Source of the DNA: Phoronis australis
Taxonomy: Eukaryota; Animalia; Phoronida
Direction: 5' to 3'
Length of the DNA stretch: 64,000 nt
Assembly: GCA_002633005.1 (NCBI GenBank)
Contig: NMRA01000039.1
Span: 569,533 to 633,532, forward strand
A model generated the notes under the pieces. It was not told the origin of the DNA, made no database searches, and saw only the letters and a list, made by a program, of their open reading frames with translations. Below, piece by piece: positions 12,021-26,214 of the stretch. Both the position numbers and the translations under genes were made by a program. Every line of letters starts with the position of its first letter. The stretch's first letter is position 1.

Positions 12021-13503
12021 CTAAAACAAAATACACTCATGGTATACTGACACAGTGTGCGCAAACATTCCTCTACATATGTCCATAGTTGACAGATGGC
12101 AGGACCGTCACGCCTTTTGAAGGATCGTCACGCCCTCAGCAACAGCATCAGAATGCCTCTCGCTTCCTTGACATACGTGTTTTTAAGCATTCTGGTCTCT
12201 GTTGTAACGTCTCCGTTAATTTTTGTGCTTAGTTAAGTAAGCTTCGACTAACAGAACTGCGACAATATATCCACTTTTTACTTGACTAAAACATATTTCA
12301 GTTACGGAAAACGCACGTAGAAATCGCAAAAATAGTCTCTCTTGCGCATTTAAAATGAACAATTACTGGGTAGCCACTGTAAGATCACATCAAACTTCTA
12401 CACCAATGACATTTTATTGAGACAAAGTCCTGAGTGAATTTCCAAACAGGTTTGGCAAGAAATTTGTCCAATATTGCAGAACCTGACGGAGTTCTGTTGA
12501 AGTGTGTCCAGTTTATTTTGGAAACGGCGGTATCAGGTAGTCCAGTATCTTCAACAAAACGAAAGGCCGTTCGGGAAAATTTCACATGTCTAAGTACGTG
12601 AAATGTTTTAAATTTTTACAGTGGCACAACGTGAACGCAATTATCAATAGGGAAAATAAATGGTATGGAGCATGAACAGAATTATGCGTATTCACAATGT
12701 TCACAACCTAAATCAATGATTAGCGCAAGTCATATTTCTACATGACCAATGTTGCGTTGTTTTATAGTGCAGATATCTACACGTTCCAACAAGTCACATA
12801 CAGCAAGCCAACAAATATCAAAACCAGAAAAAGCAAGCTGGTAGCTTTTGCCATCTTTAATCAGTGATACATCACTTTTACAGCGCCTATAAGTCCCTCT
12901 TCCATCACAAAAACGACATTTGACACCTACCATTACAAATTTTTCGTCAAAAATTTTCCTAGTCAATTTAAGTATGATTTCAGAGCTTCGGAAAATCGGA
13001 AATTTCGTTATTGCTTGAGATAAAGCTCTAAAAGTTAGCTTTATGCAGCGAGTCATTTTAAGCTCCCAGCAAAGTTTCAACGAGTAAGAAACTGCCATTT
13101 CTAGTTTGGCACCTGAACTGGCCAGATAATTTTTTTGTCTTCGCTGTTTCATGTAGCTTAGGGTTAAGTAACCATGATTTAGGGGGGTGACCGTTCGCAA
13201 CCCTTGAGCATTTTTTGAATATGCAGATTAAGGTAACCATCATGCAAAATTACATTTTGCTTTCATTTTCCTTTCCAAGCACTGCAGGCAAAGTTTCAAC
13301 GAATACGAAACTGCCGTTTCTTTACAAATTCCGAAATCATTTCTCAATTGAGTAAAGAACAGGTTGGGCTCAATTTTACAGCGGTGAATGGTTAAAATAA
13401 TTATTCACTGATCAGGCTGATTTTTCGCTTTAAAAACGTTCTTAGATAGGCAACAACGGTGTTACAAAATTTGATTTCATGAATTTTTAAAATATAGCTA
13501 TAC

Positions 13504-13594
13504 CCAGTAGTATTGGTCCTGGTACAAACATGAAGCACCGGGAAATTCCTTCAGCAGTCTCTTGGCAACGGTTGTCTTGCCTCCATTGGTGACG
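13504..13594 (-). CDS. NMRK1: Nicotinamide riboside kinase, coding exon 2 (VTNGGKTTVAKRLLKEFPGASCLYQDQYYW)
   Basis: Boundaries tttcag| and |gtatag. Contains the Walker A GKTT and the QD motif equivalent to the NRK catalytic Asp. Confidence 0.93.
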
Positions 13595-15034
13595 CTGAAA
13601 CAACATTTTTACATGAGACAGGTAACTGGTTCATTTTTTATGATCCTGGTTACTGTTAAAAGGGCAATTCACCGCTGGTTACCCACCAACATTGAATAAA
13701 TGTACGTAACCGATGTGCTCTGGGGTTTAAAAACTTCACAAGTTTTTTATCTTGAATAATTGCGGAAGGAGTAGATTGCTCAAGTCCCAGGCAACACGGA
13801 CATGCACAGTTTTTGAATTTCCAATTCTAGGGTTAGCCAACGCCAACAAACTGTGGAGTCGCTGATGGTTCCTACTTTCTTGTTGGTAACGGAAATTTAG
13901 TCTTCTCACGATAAGAAAGATAATGAAACAGATTTTATGAGTTAAAGTGACTTCATTCACTTTCCGTTTTCTGACAGCTTTATACTGGGGAAAGGCAGTT
14001 TCAACACAACGCAGAAACTTTCATGAAGTGCAATGTAATCTGTGTGCAAAAGTGTCATCCAAATTCGAGGCAAATTATTCAGACACAACATAATCAAGGG
14101 GAATTCCTTCCAACAATTCACATTTTTAAGTTAAAATGTCTATGAACCATTGCTCTACGGAAAAAATTGGCTTCATTTATTCCATCTATCGTCATGCTAT
14201 TGGTTTTAACTTGTTCTTTAATAAGACGAGAAGGGAGTTTTGCTCTTAAAAAGCACCGACTGATGATATTGCTCAAGACTATGCTCTATAATATAAATAG
14301 CACGGTGTGATAAGACAAATTATAGAGCCTGGACACAAACAGTCAAGCATTTTCAGTTTTGTGCACGACCAAAATCACCTCTCATCCGAATAAAGAACAA
14401 GATGCGACCAATTTTACAAAAGCATGTGGTCTAAATAAAATTGGCTGGACATGGTCATTTTAAGCAGCAATTCAATTTCGCTGCTTTCAGTTTAGTCTTC
14501 TGATCTACTATACCATAACAATTCAGCACCTTCGGATGATGGGTTTATTTGGTTGCCATCCGGGTTGTAATTAGTACCTGTCTCATTCAATGACAACAAA
14601 ATCTCTTAGCGCTTGTGAAAACTGCTTAAACCTGTTTCATGAATGCAGCCACAGATCAGTTTTACTTTGTAGAGTTGGATATTGACTTCGTAGAGTTTGA
14701 CGGAGGCTGCATTTTTGCATCATTTGACGCGTTTCTTATTTTACGGTTGTCTCACCTTGGACACATGTCCGCCAAATTTTAAGAAATACAACTAAAGACA
14801 TGAGAATCACCTTGCTCATTTCTTGATTATCTAATTTTTCTTGATAGACAATTCTCTTTTCCACTAAGCTCATTCATTATGTATCGTTACGTGTTAGTGT
14901 AAGAATTTCAAGACTGTTTTCTTGGATCCCAGGAAATTGATATGGACTCCGCGCGAGTTTGTTGGACCCCAGTGTTTGGGATTGTAGGATGAATACTGCC
15001 ATGCCTGGTGATTCATAGTAATTTTAACAGTTAC

Positions 15035-15060
15035 CCTCCAATTCCAACAACAAAGGACAT
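15035..15060 (-). CDS. NMRK1: Nicotinamide riboside kinase, coding exon 1 (MSFVVGIG-G)
   Basis: ATG at 15060 with an in-frame upstream stop. Phase-2 donor GG|gtaact. Joins the next exon to give the P-loop GIGGVTNGGKTT. Confidence 0.88.
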
Positions 15061-18000
15061 TCTGTCTCTTTTGCTTGTCGGCGGGAATTACCACACAATG
15101 TAACAAACTGTTTCAGTGGTTGTTATCTGGTTGCTTGTCGATTTCCACTGTCTCCCAGTCAGTTGATTCTTCCCACCTGCCCACTAGAGTGCCTCCAAAA
15201 GTGAGTTCAAGAGTTGCTTGGGTTGACCTTCTCTATGTGACCTCCTCTTCAGTGGCTGAATCAAAGAGAAAGGTCAAAACGGCATGTTAAAATTCACTAC
15301 ACTTAATAGGCTCATTATTTGGCGAAATGAAATTTCTCCAAGCATTTTGCTTTTTCGCAATGATATAATTGTTTTTGTTAGTTTGTTTCTTGGCATTTTT
15401 CGTCCGATAGACACGAAATTCACACACAACGTGTATCTTGAGGTCAACAGTTTTTGGTAGGAATCATTTTTCAAATTTTCACAGGCGTTACTTGACGAAT
15501 CAGTCATTTAGTGTGTCAATAAACATTGCGATGCACAAAGTCTAAAGAAAAAGTTTCTCTCTGACTTCCATTTTCGTATTATTTGAGATTTACAACTGAC
15601 AAGGGTCGGACACTGGTACGCTTCTCAGACTTCAGCGCAGTCATGCGTCTCAGGATTCAATAACAATTGATCGACAAGGAATTTTAACATAACATGAAAC
15701 TCATCAATATTTCGAGACTTTTTGTCTTCAGTCAAGATCGAACAACAGAAAGCGCTTTGACATCCATTATTATTATTATTTTGGCCTTGCGACGTTGTAC
15801 CTTCTTTGTCCCTTATATGCTTCACCCACTTGGTATGTAAATGGATCTCCCAAGGTCATTTAGGAATTAAGAATAGGTTATCGATTGTTCGCTTTTTGTC
15901 GTGTTCGAAGGTGTTATGACTTACTCAGTATTCGACTGTGGCACGCTTCACCCTAACGTAGTTTTCATGACATGCCAAATTTTTCGTTTGAAATTTTTAC
16001 ACAACAGAATGCGATGTTGTTCGAGGACTTGCTGTCGTTGGCCTAGCCAATGTCACCAGCACCTTGAGGCAAGAGTGGCGTCAGTGATGTTGCCATAGTT
16101 GGCATTATAAGTTTTGTCGGTGGCTTCATGTCACTGGCGTCGTCATCATTTGCGATTCTCGGATCACAGTTGGTACCTTAATGTTCTGCTCACTGTTGAA
16201 GGCGGCATCGATGTCTTCGGTCGTGTTGTTATTAACGTTGCTCATTGCATTGTCAGTAGTCTTGATAGTGTCAGTGCCAATGACAGTGTCCTTGTGTTAA
16301 GCCCTCACATTAAACTCGATCAAACTGTAGTTTTGAAGCTAATGACGTGCACACAGGTGAATGAAAACTAAAAAAAGCATTATACAAAAAGTAGGGTCGA
16401 TGTCTGCACTTAAAGGCAGTAAACGAATGCGTATGATGGGAACTACTTTACGGATCAACGTCACGTGTAGAATCTAACGAGACTTCAAAAGTCAACAGGT
16501 GGAAATAAAGCTTGTATTCAATTGACTCACACACAACTTGTCCATACAAATGCGGTTGCGCTGAAAACGTCAAAAATAACAATCACAAATGTGGTGTAAG
16601 TTTTGCATTATGTTTCTCAATGAATTAAGAAACCTTGTCGAGAATGACCTTGGTGTCTAAGCTGCATTTTTTTCAAAAATTGACTGAATTTTATTTTGGT
16701 TAACAAATTGGGTTCTCTCACATGGTTGGAAACTGAAATCTCGGGAGTAACAACGCTGTTACAAATTGTGGGGGACAAACTGTGTAGCCAATAGACAAAA
16801 TCTGAAGGCGTCGGCACAGCATCATGAAGGTGGATTAACAAGACCCGAGAGGTGTTTCGCTAAAATAAATTTCTACTCCGATTGGATGAGTAAATAATAG
16901 ATTTAATTATTGTATTCACGCTCATACTGGAACTGAAACCAGAGGAAGCACCTAACACAATCAGAATCAACTTGCACTCGCACATTGTATATCATATTAA
17001 ATTGATTATCTGCGCTCTATTTGTAAGTACGGGTCATGTAAAGGCACTGTCTTCTGGTGATAGTTGGCCAACCCAGCAAATGCTGGTCAATAACATATTA
17101 TTGCTCGTTCATTTAACAGGTGACAGCCCGGTTAATTTTTGAGTGAGCGAGTGAACACCTACCAATGCTTTTCTATGCTACGTTTCGTGGTGTACCTATC
17201 GTTAAACCTCTTGCTTTCAATTTACTTTTTCATCTGGTGTGGGTTCTCCATATGCTAATGACCTATATTATTCCATATACATGTTTGTGCGACCTTCATG
17301 TGTGCCATGAAGTTAAAAATGGAAAGTAGAGTCAGTGTGCATTTCACTGGAGAGCTATATTCCCTTATCTGCGTAGTATTATTCTCTTGGTATAAGTTCG
17401 CATTTGATGACTTCCAAAAAATTAGCGCGCAGACAAACGTTCCACATCACAGCGAAGTATGTTTGTTTTGATTTCATAAACTGAAAGGAAAAAACACTAA
17501 CTAAAAGGCACTATTCACTACTCTCATATATTGATGGCGCTGTAAAAAACGATTATTGTACATTGTTGTTTAAGAGACAGTGCCTTGATTTAGTACCAAT
17601 TTTAACAACACAAACGTGAAAGCGCACGTTTTCCAAACATTCAGAACCATTGTAGTTTTGACACAACACCCCGTTTTCAATGATTGTGGTGAATTCGTGC
17701 AAGCAGTGAATACGGACAAAACATTCACAAAATACGCTAAATACAAACATTGAACGTTTCACTAAGCATTTACAACAACCGTGCGATTTAGATAAAAATG
17801 ATAGCACTGAAAAGCTTCAAAAGCTAGGTACTACCAGTTTGAAGGTCAAAAGCAAATGTACTCAGTTACCTTGAAAATGACTAAGGGCGGAACTGTACAT
17901 AAATATATGAACGAGCAACTTAAAACGAAACAAAGTCGAAACTAGATAACCATATTACTGCATGTAAAACCAGGTTACTGCAAACAAAATGACTTATCTA

Positions 18001-19439
18001 ACCTTTTACTTACATCGTGTATTCCTTGTTCAGACTATACATCGGAGACCAGCACAACGTCACGATTGAACCACCACAATAACAAAAGTAAGTTCGAAAT
18101 AAATGAGCAAAGGTAGTATGAATGTGATCCGCTGCAAGGCGCTCAAGGCGTGTCAAATATGAAGATGAAATAGGGCGTGAAACACAATCAACATTCCAAT
18201 AAATACTGTACAAGACCAGTAACGAGCATACTGCTAGTACTAACGCCAATATAAATAAAAACAGCTGACACATACTACTCCACCCGAAAAGCAGAGTTGA
18301 TATGCTTAACAAACTGAATATCCAAATACTGCCGATGCAAACGCCAAACAAATACAACGAAACCAATAAAGATCAGTAACATGGTTCACATCAAATGAAT
18401 TAATCTGTCGACACCAAAAGTACCAGCTTGCGAACGGGTCAGCGTAACACTGAATTGGCCGTCTTCGCAACTCGTGCACCTACAGACGATACATAGAGAG
18501 TCCTTGTGCACCTCAGTTACTCCTCTCATTGTCCACTCGTTACCATTAGTACCGCAGGCCCGTAGGAAGGTAAAAATTATTTGGGGGGGGCACAAACCAA
18601 TTCGACCTTGTCAACTTACCTCTTTCCTATCACCACCCCCAGCCCCCGTTCTCTGGATGTCACCTTATTTGTACCGACCCCACACGTCCGCCATAGGTGA
18701 GTTGGGGCGGAGGGGGGATAATACTTGAGATGCAGCCATCAGGATTTGAGTAACCGTGAACCAACAAAGTTTCACGGAGAGTAAGAATAGGTCTAGGACC
18801 AGCGCAATGACGGGTAGCTGAGTTCCAACAATAGATTCGATGAACTAAAGCTAGTCGCTAGTCAGCTCAGCCACGATTCACTTGAGATAGACAGCTTAGC
18901 TCTTACCTATTCCTCTGCGCCGCGGCTGGCTCTAAGGTCAAGATTCGTTTTATTATGATCAAGTTTCGGGAAAACCTCATTTTATCATGGCCATTATTTG
19001 AAGGAATTTTTTGGAAAGGTGAGGGCCCGAGATCCCTGGTGTGTCCGTTTCAAAGTCCCTTGATGAAACACAGCCGGTAGTCCACTTTCTTGTGACTGGG
19101 GGGAATGATACAGAGCGTGTCCCAAAATGTACACACTTCAACGCCTGGAGTTCAAATTCAGCTTCCGTGGATCACTAAGAATCTGTGCAGGCCCACGGCA
19201 TAGTTACACCTTATTTTCACCGTGCTGCTTAAGTCATGACGTGCTCCGTGTGTGTAGTATGCACAGGAATGGAAACCAAATGATTCAGTTTTGAAGAAAA
19301 TTTATTGCACAATACTATTGAAAACTAACAACATCAAGGAAGTGCAGAGAATCTTTCCAAGTTGATGAGCAATAAGTTTAATTTTATTTAAGTACTTAAA
19401 CTTCTTCTATCTACGGTTTGTGAAATTAAACCCACTAAT

Positions 19440-20090
19440 CTATTTCCTAAGTCAATAAACAGTTTATTGTCATTTGAATTGTGAGAAAATTTTAGGACAC
19501 TTCGTAGAGCTGTCCGACATTCATCAATATCTAAGACTTCTTTCATATAGACAAATCAAATCGTTTAGTGTAATTTTATAGTTGGGGATCTGGTGACAGA
19601 TCGAATTTTCTCAATTTCTGCCTGTAACTAAGTTCGTTGAAGCATTGTCATTTATTACGATATTAGCTTCTAATTGTAAAAAAATCATCAGAATTCGCTC
19701 ATTTTGGTAAATACGTAAACATGTAATTCAGAAACTAACAATCGAATCCTTGTTTTAATGAATTTTATTCCTTTTTTATTCCCTGTTGGTGAGTTTAAAC
19801 GACAAATCTTGTATCAAAGTCAAAAAGCAATGCATTTATTGTCATTTGAATTGTGAGTAAATTTTTGGGAAATGTCCAAATTTCATCAAATTCTTTGAAG
19901 AGTTATTTTAGATCCAAGTGCACTTTACTATTTAGGAATCTGATTATAGAGTTTTTTCAATATTCAGGCTTCAACTAAATTCACTGAAACATCATCATTT
20001 CTTAAAATATTAGCTTCTAATTGCCAAAAATCATCTATTAACCTATCGCTTTTCGTAGATACACAAACATGTAAATCAGAAACCAACGAA
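19440..20090. repeat. Degenerate tandem duplication, ~373-bp unit
   Basis: TTTATTGTCATTTGAATTGTGAG occurs at ~19463 and ~19836. TATTAGCTTCTAATTG and AAACATGTAA-TCAGAAAC also recur at a similar spacing. Confidence 0.75.
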
Positions 20091-20419
20091 TTTGTTTATT
20101 AAAATGGGAACACGTTAGATGGGGCATTCGTATTAAGGTGTATTTTGCTAATTTCCGAGGTATCTATAACAGTTCACGAATTTAACATGAACTCAAAAAA
20201 AAAACGCTGAAATAGTTGTTTATTATTGCGAATATTTTTGAGTACCCCCGTTCGACACGGTCATCACAAGTCGTAGCCTCCAGTCTTTTCGACATTTGTG
20301 AATTAATTACAAACAGTTCCTGGTAACGACCTTCGAAAGAAATACTGTTCTTGTGATACTATTGGAAAAATATAACATTTTTTATAACTAACCATCGGAA
20401 GTAGCCTTTTTGTGTAAAT

Positions 20420-23400
20420 GGGGCTGTTCGGAAAATCTTCAATAACTAGAGGGCGTGCGTGTACTAGTGGTGATAGATTAACAGCCTCGATTTCGCGAGC
20501 CCTTTAAATACATGGTGAAATGGCTTGCAGCCGCGCCAACTGAGTCTGAGATTGCGTAAAAAGGGTGCTTCTATGAGAGGAAGTAAGCACGACCTCATAC
20601 AAAGGTAAGGTTTGTGATTATTTTAACGATTATTCCATGATTATTCTTCCGATGCCTGTTAACTGAGGCACTCGCCGATGTCGACTTCGCGGCAGTCAGT
20701 CGCCAGCCAGAGTCTGGTTACTCTTGTGATACGATACTTGACGTAGCAATCGGGATCTTTGGCATCAAAGCATTATTATTGTTTGGAATGTTTTCTAAAA
20801 GTTTATCAGTGACAGTTACATCAATCAATGCTGAATGTTTATGCTGTCAACTCGATACAGGTTAATGAGGAAGTTAAGATTACAATCCAATCCCAATGGC
20901 AAAGGGTACGTGAGTGATAAATATCCATTGCATATTAGACTATTTGTTTACTCCCTATCATATGTCTTCTGGAAATCTATTACACGTTGAAATGGAAATC
21001 TATCACGTCAGTTTTCACGTAACCTTTGGTTTTTAGGTTTGAAGGCTTGCACCGTGCAGAGGAGATATGCATCGCTTCTGTACCGTCCCTGAATGGACTG
21101 GACAAAAATTGGTTTTTAGCATTTGACTGCAGCTAACCAACAAGATCTTCCCATCCAGTGCAGATCTGTTGTCAAAGCCTACTTTCAATATTGGAGACAA
21201 CGAACAAAGCCTTTGAAAAGGAACAGCTATTTTTAAAGTCATTTTTGTTAAATTACTTATTCAGGTCCCGAGGGAGGATTGGCATGGGGGGGTGTAATAT
21301 TTGGTACAACTGAATGTGTGGAAATAACAGGTAATACATGTTTGGGGAAAAGAGCATGGTGAGGTAATTCTTAACCTTCACGAAGTCCCTTCAAGTTGAT
21401 TTCATGAAACTGTTTTGCTACTTGTATCAATTGTAAAACCACGAAAATATATTACATTTTCCGAATTCACAGTGACTGAATAGTCTTAACTCATGCCTTG
21501 AAATGTTGCAAGTCGTTATAAATTCAAATGACTGCCATTTTTGTGAAAATTGCATTTTTGATGGTGCCTTACGATTTGTAATTACTCTTAAACAACAGAA
21601 AGATTATCCATCATTTTTAAATGACCCAAGTCTTCATATCTTCTATAAGAAGAAAAACGGTTCCCTCAACCTTAGGCTAGAAGTATGCTTGACAGACCCA
21701 TGAACCTGTAATCTGAGTTTAAAATTGCTGAAAGTATCAAAATTAAAAAGGCTTGAAAATGGGTAACAAAGGTTTGAAGTTGTCTCAAAAAACTTGTATA
21801 TTTTACAGACAAGTGATGCGTTTAAAGAATTATTATGGCTAGGGATAAAAAATAAAGACACAGTTTTATGCAATACTCATTATATACACCCTTGGTTTCT
21901 GAAAATAGTAATTATTTACTTTTATGTGAAACTGTAGACCAATCACCATATATTTTTGAAAAACAGGGATAACATTTTTGATCCAATCTGGAGTACTTAA
22001 TTATTCATATTTCAATATTTGTTCCAGGTTCAGTGACATTTTAAGGCCACTTCAAGCTGTATCATAGACAAGCTTTGTTACTCCGTTCTCTTCCCACAGC
22101 ACTTCCACACACCAGCAGTGCTGCATGGCACAATGTGCAAGTCAGTGGCCCTGGAGAAATGTGAATCGCAGTACTAAGTTACCATAAGACAATGTGCCAG
22201 TGGAGTGTCTGTGTATCCAGACGAACTATATCTGACTGCTACACAAATAAGCCTTGTTGGTGAGGATGCCCTTTCATAGGCAATGAGTCATGTGTGGACA
22301 ATAGCTTATTTCCTTTCCTGGAAGAAACATGAGGGACTGAAGCTAAAGAAGACCTAGTCACACTCTGGTCTAGTTCAGAGTCTGATTTTGGGCTCAAAAC
22401 GATTCAAGTGATATGCTGCTGTGTTTACCTTCAAGGGTCTAATTGTGGATGTTATTGAGGCTGAATGAGGTTACATGAAAGAAAGCCACGTGTTGAAACT
22501 GGACCTTTTTTACAAGCGCTTCTATAGGCCATTGAAACTAGAACCCAGTGAAATGAAAGCCAAAAGCTGAGTGACATTAAATTTTCCTTTCAGAAGAAAG
22601 GCTTTATACTATTGGTAAAAACTTTTCAATTTGGTACAGATTATGGGGAAATGACATTCAGTGACTGCATCGATTGTCTTATTGTATGTTTTCAATTGTA
22701 GCTAGCTGCATAAGAATCTGCTATGCACAAGATTCGAGAATAAACAATTATCAGTGTATTTAAAAACAAATGGCAAACTGAAAAAGCACAGAAAGAAACA
22801 ACATTGCGAGGGAGTCCATAATCAGGCATATCAGGTGCTGAATTTCTGAATTACGTTCAATTCTCTCAGGTTATTGCTGAAGGATTGCTTTTCACTTTGT
22901 CCAACGGTGAAATAGATGGTCAGGCGGTTGGTTTCAGTTGTTTTTTCTTGCCTGTAACAGAATAGAAATATTAGCAAATTGTAAAAGAAAAGACAAGACA
23001 AAACTACTTTTGTAAGGCAGAACATACTTGACATTTCATCTTCATGTTTATGTGTAGAAACTAATAACCTTTGTACCCAAGTCTTATTTAATATCTGAAT
23101 TAAAATATGTGAAACAGGCTAAAAGTGATTTAACAATGTGTATTTTTCATGACACTTAAAATGTGCTTCTGATCTCAACAAGTAAAATTCATTCTAGGTG
23201 TCAATTTTTTTCCAATGCAATGTTACGACATTTACTGAATTAAGGCTTATTCATGTTAATTCGATAACTGAGCTGGTGGTCCTGGGGGTGGGGTCCACGA
23301 TAAAATAAGGAAACTCACTCATCTAGAGAATTTTATTGGAAACAGCATAGTTTTGAAGAGAAACTGCTGTGAAAAAGTCACTCTTGACTTCTGTGCATCA

Positions 23401-23930
23401 CGTACCATACACCTCTTATTTTGGGAGCACTCCCACCCAGGACAATATGAATATGTGCTGCTAGCCTACCCGGCATCGGGTGAGTTTCCAAAAAGAAACA
23501 CTTAGTTCCACTCAATAAAACTGTTATTCAGTGGGGTAACTGGTGGGGATAACATCACCGAACGATGTTGATAGAAACTGATTGCTAAAAACTTACCAAG
23601 TAATGTTGTGTAGTCTCCGAATGGAACTGCATAGTCATAGACATAGAGCACACACGGGGCTTCAGCATCCACACACTTTTTGTCAGTTAGTTGACCCTGT
23701 TGACCGCAATTGCCCACGAATATAGTAACCTTAGGTCTTTTGGGAATTTGTGGCCACCTGTCGAAGACTTGCACCAGGGAAATTAGCAGTAATAAGGCTT
23801 AGCGCGACGACGTATTTTGATAAAAATTCCATCTTTTACCAGTTGTTTACATGCAGACAGCCACGCATGCGCAATTCAATCACCACTAGTACAGCAGCGA
23901 CACCGCGAGGAGAATTCTCCGAATAGCCCC
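20420..23930. mobile_element. Decayed ISL2EU-type (PIF/Harbinger-related) DNA transposon with SAP-YqaJ (+) and THAP (-) remnants
   Basis: AT flanks; TIRs GGGGCTGTTCGGAAAAT / ATTCTCCGAATAGCCCC with a shared inner GTACTAGTGGTGAT. SAP-like LSLRLRKKGASMRGSKHDLIQR|gt at ~20545-20605. YqaJ-like TPAVLHG...SVYPDELYLTAT...VFTFKGLIVDVI...LKLDLFYKRF at ~22105-22530. Minus-strand THAP tail GKKKQLKPTA*PSI at ~22910-22950. Confidence 0.7.
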
Positions 23931-25017
23931 ATTCACAGATAGTGATCTTCGCGTTCTCCAAAATTCCAACTTTTTATGGTGGTCAATCCTATTGTGTTTT
24001 TCGCATTTTTGTTGTTTGAGTCGAATGTTTTGATATCGCTGTACTGTGCACAGTTCTTTTGGGTTTTTGATGAATTTTGAATCTCAACTTCAACTCGTGA
24101 ATACTTGGCAGTGTCGGAGTTACGTGTATAGAAGGATATCCGAACCGCCCCACTGAGAGATTGTCCCGTCTGAAATGTAACACCTAAGATGAAAGGCTAC
24201 ACGACATTAAGCTTAGAAAAGAGTGACAGTTCATTCCATAGTCTGGTGCAAGAAGTGACTTTCCTCAGCATGAAAGCCGGTTGTACGATTTCACAAAAAA
24301 AAAATAAAATAGAGATAATCGATTCTAACACTGGGCCCTCTCTTCGTGAGCGGTCCCTTAAGAATTTGCCAATCAAAACACGAAAAGGATGGCCACTTGA
24401 ATGTCATCAATGGTCCTCTTCAAGAGCTGCGCCCCTAAATATGAAAAGATCTGTATTTTCAAAAGTCAAGAAATGCGCAGCAATTGATGTTATCTGCCAG
24501 GCCATCAATTTTCTCAAGTGGTACATAATTTAGAGAACGAAAAACACGAAAAAATAGAGTGACAGTTGTCTTTGTTATCCTTTGCTGGAGAAGTGTCTCT
24601 GGAAAATATAATTTTGCATTTATACATTTGCAAAACTTTCTTATTAAATTTAAAAATCCAATGATTTTATATGTTCCGCAAAGGCTTCGCTTTACGAATT
24701 TTCTCGATTTTTCGAAATACATGTATGAATGATAAAGTGCACGTTTTGAAGTGCGTTTAGACGACCTACATGTATGCAGCAAAAATGGAGACGCTAACAG
24801 CAATGTCCTGGCCAGGGCCCTCAATAGGTAAACCATGCGCTGATACTGAATTGTCAAATGTTCTCTTGAATTTTCTCTTATCCGTTATTGTAGTCTTTGT
24901 TTTCTCGACTGTCCCCGGCCTCAAGCCTACGTCGGTTGCCATGGTTTAACCCTGACGCCTGCAAATTTTTTGGGGGCACGGGCCCCTCCTGCCCCCCGCT
25001 TCCTACGGCCATGTACC

Positions 25018-25870
25018 GTCGTCTTGAATAATCACAATATCTCCAGCATTCAAATTCTTCACCCTTTGCGTACACGTGGAGCGAGTGTGGAGTGTTATGA
25101 GATAGTTTTTATGCCAACGAGACTAAAAAATGATTGCCAAATACTGAACCCATTTCCACCTCCCGCTCATATAGACGTTCTCCCTATTGAACCGTACCGG
25201 GGGTGCTACCAAAGTACGGGTCTTCGTAGTCAGGGTGTGATTAGGTGTAAGTGGCGAACAATCGTGACTGGACGAGAATACACCATATTCTCTGCTTCAC
25301 ACAAGAGAGTGTGTAACGCATCGCTCCTCAAACGATAACAGGAGTTCAACGAGGATGACAGAACTTTTCTTAGCGCCAATTTGCATTTCACACACGTTTC
25401 CAAAACGGAAAGCAGCGGGGGAGTCAAATGACCTATTGATTTCCTCAAACACCAATTGCGTTTTAACGCGTACGATGACCATCTCACCAGTCACACTGTT
25501 TTCAACTCGCGCTCCCGATCCTACACAGTTAGTTCCATTATTATTATTATTGTAAAGTGCTATTATGGAACCCCGACTAGCAAGAAATCTCCGTATCCGG
25601 TTGAGGAAGCTATCAGTGTCCAAAACGTCGACTTTGTCCAAGTATATTGCTCTCTTGTAAAGCAGATAAACACCAACCCATAGAGTTTTAGCAATTTAGT
25701 CTTGCTGGTCACGATAAATGGCTCAAACGAGTCAACGACAGAGAAGGTGCATGGCGGTTCTGAACTTGTGCGTTCCAACGGCAAATCCACCAACTTTTGT
25801 GTCTACAAAGTACTTCGTAATCGTCTGCACGTAACGGAATCACCTGGCGCACCGTAGCATTTCGTGCAGT
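25018..25870 (-). mobile_element. BEL/Pao LTR-retrotransposon integrase remnant
   Basis: Frameshifted pieces: DLPLERTSSEPP, YGLVFIC, LDTDSFLNRIRRFLASRG, NGTNCVG, PAAFRFGNVCE, LHTLLCEAENMVYSRP, NLNAGDIVII. Confidence 0.9.
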
Positions 25871-26214
25871 CACTCAGACGTACTTTCAACGCAATGACAG
25901 TACACGATTTCTTCTTACGTGTCCTGGTTTTTCATGTACATTGCCAGGTGTGTTTTTTCTTAGACAGACCTGTCACCAACGGGTAAAACATCAACAGTAG
26001 TCATATATCATCTACCGCCCTCTGGTATCACCCGTACAAAACACAGGAAGCACTCTCCCAGCTCAACAGTTCCTTTGCCATGTTGGTGGGAAACCACTCA
26101 CTCCCTAACAATTTAGTGTTGCCCTCCAGAAAGTCATGAAGACGCTTGGAGTTCACCATGGTAGCTACAATTCCCATCATTTCGCGATGGACCATAAACC
26201 CCATGGAAGACAAT

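Noticed and set aside
12730-13200. 156-aa minus-strand ORF in an NMRK intron
   Set aside because: No domain signature; it lies in probable non-coding DNA-transposon interior with internal duplications.
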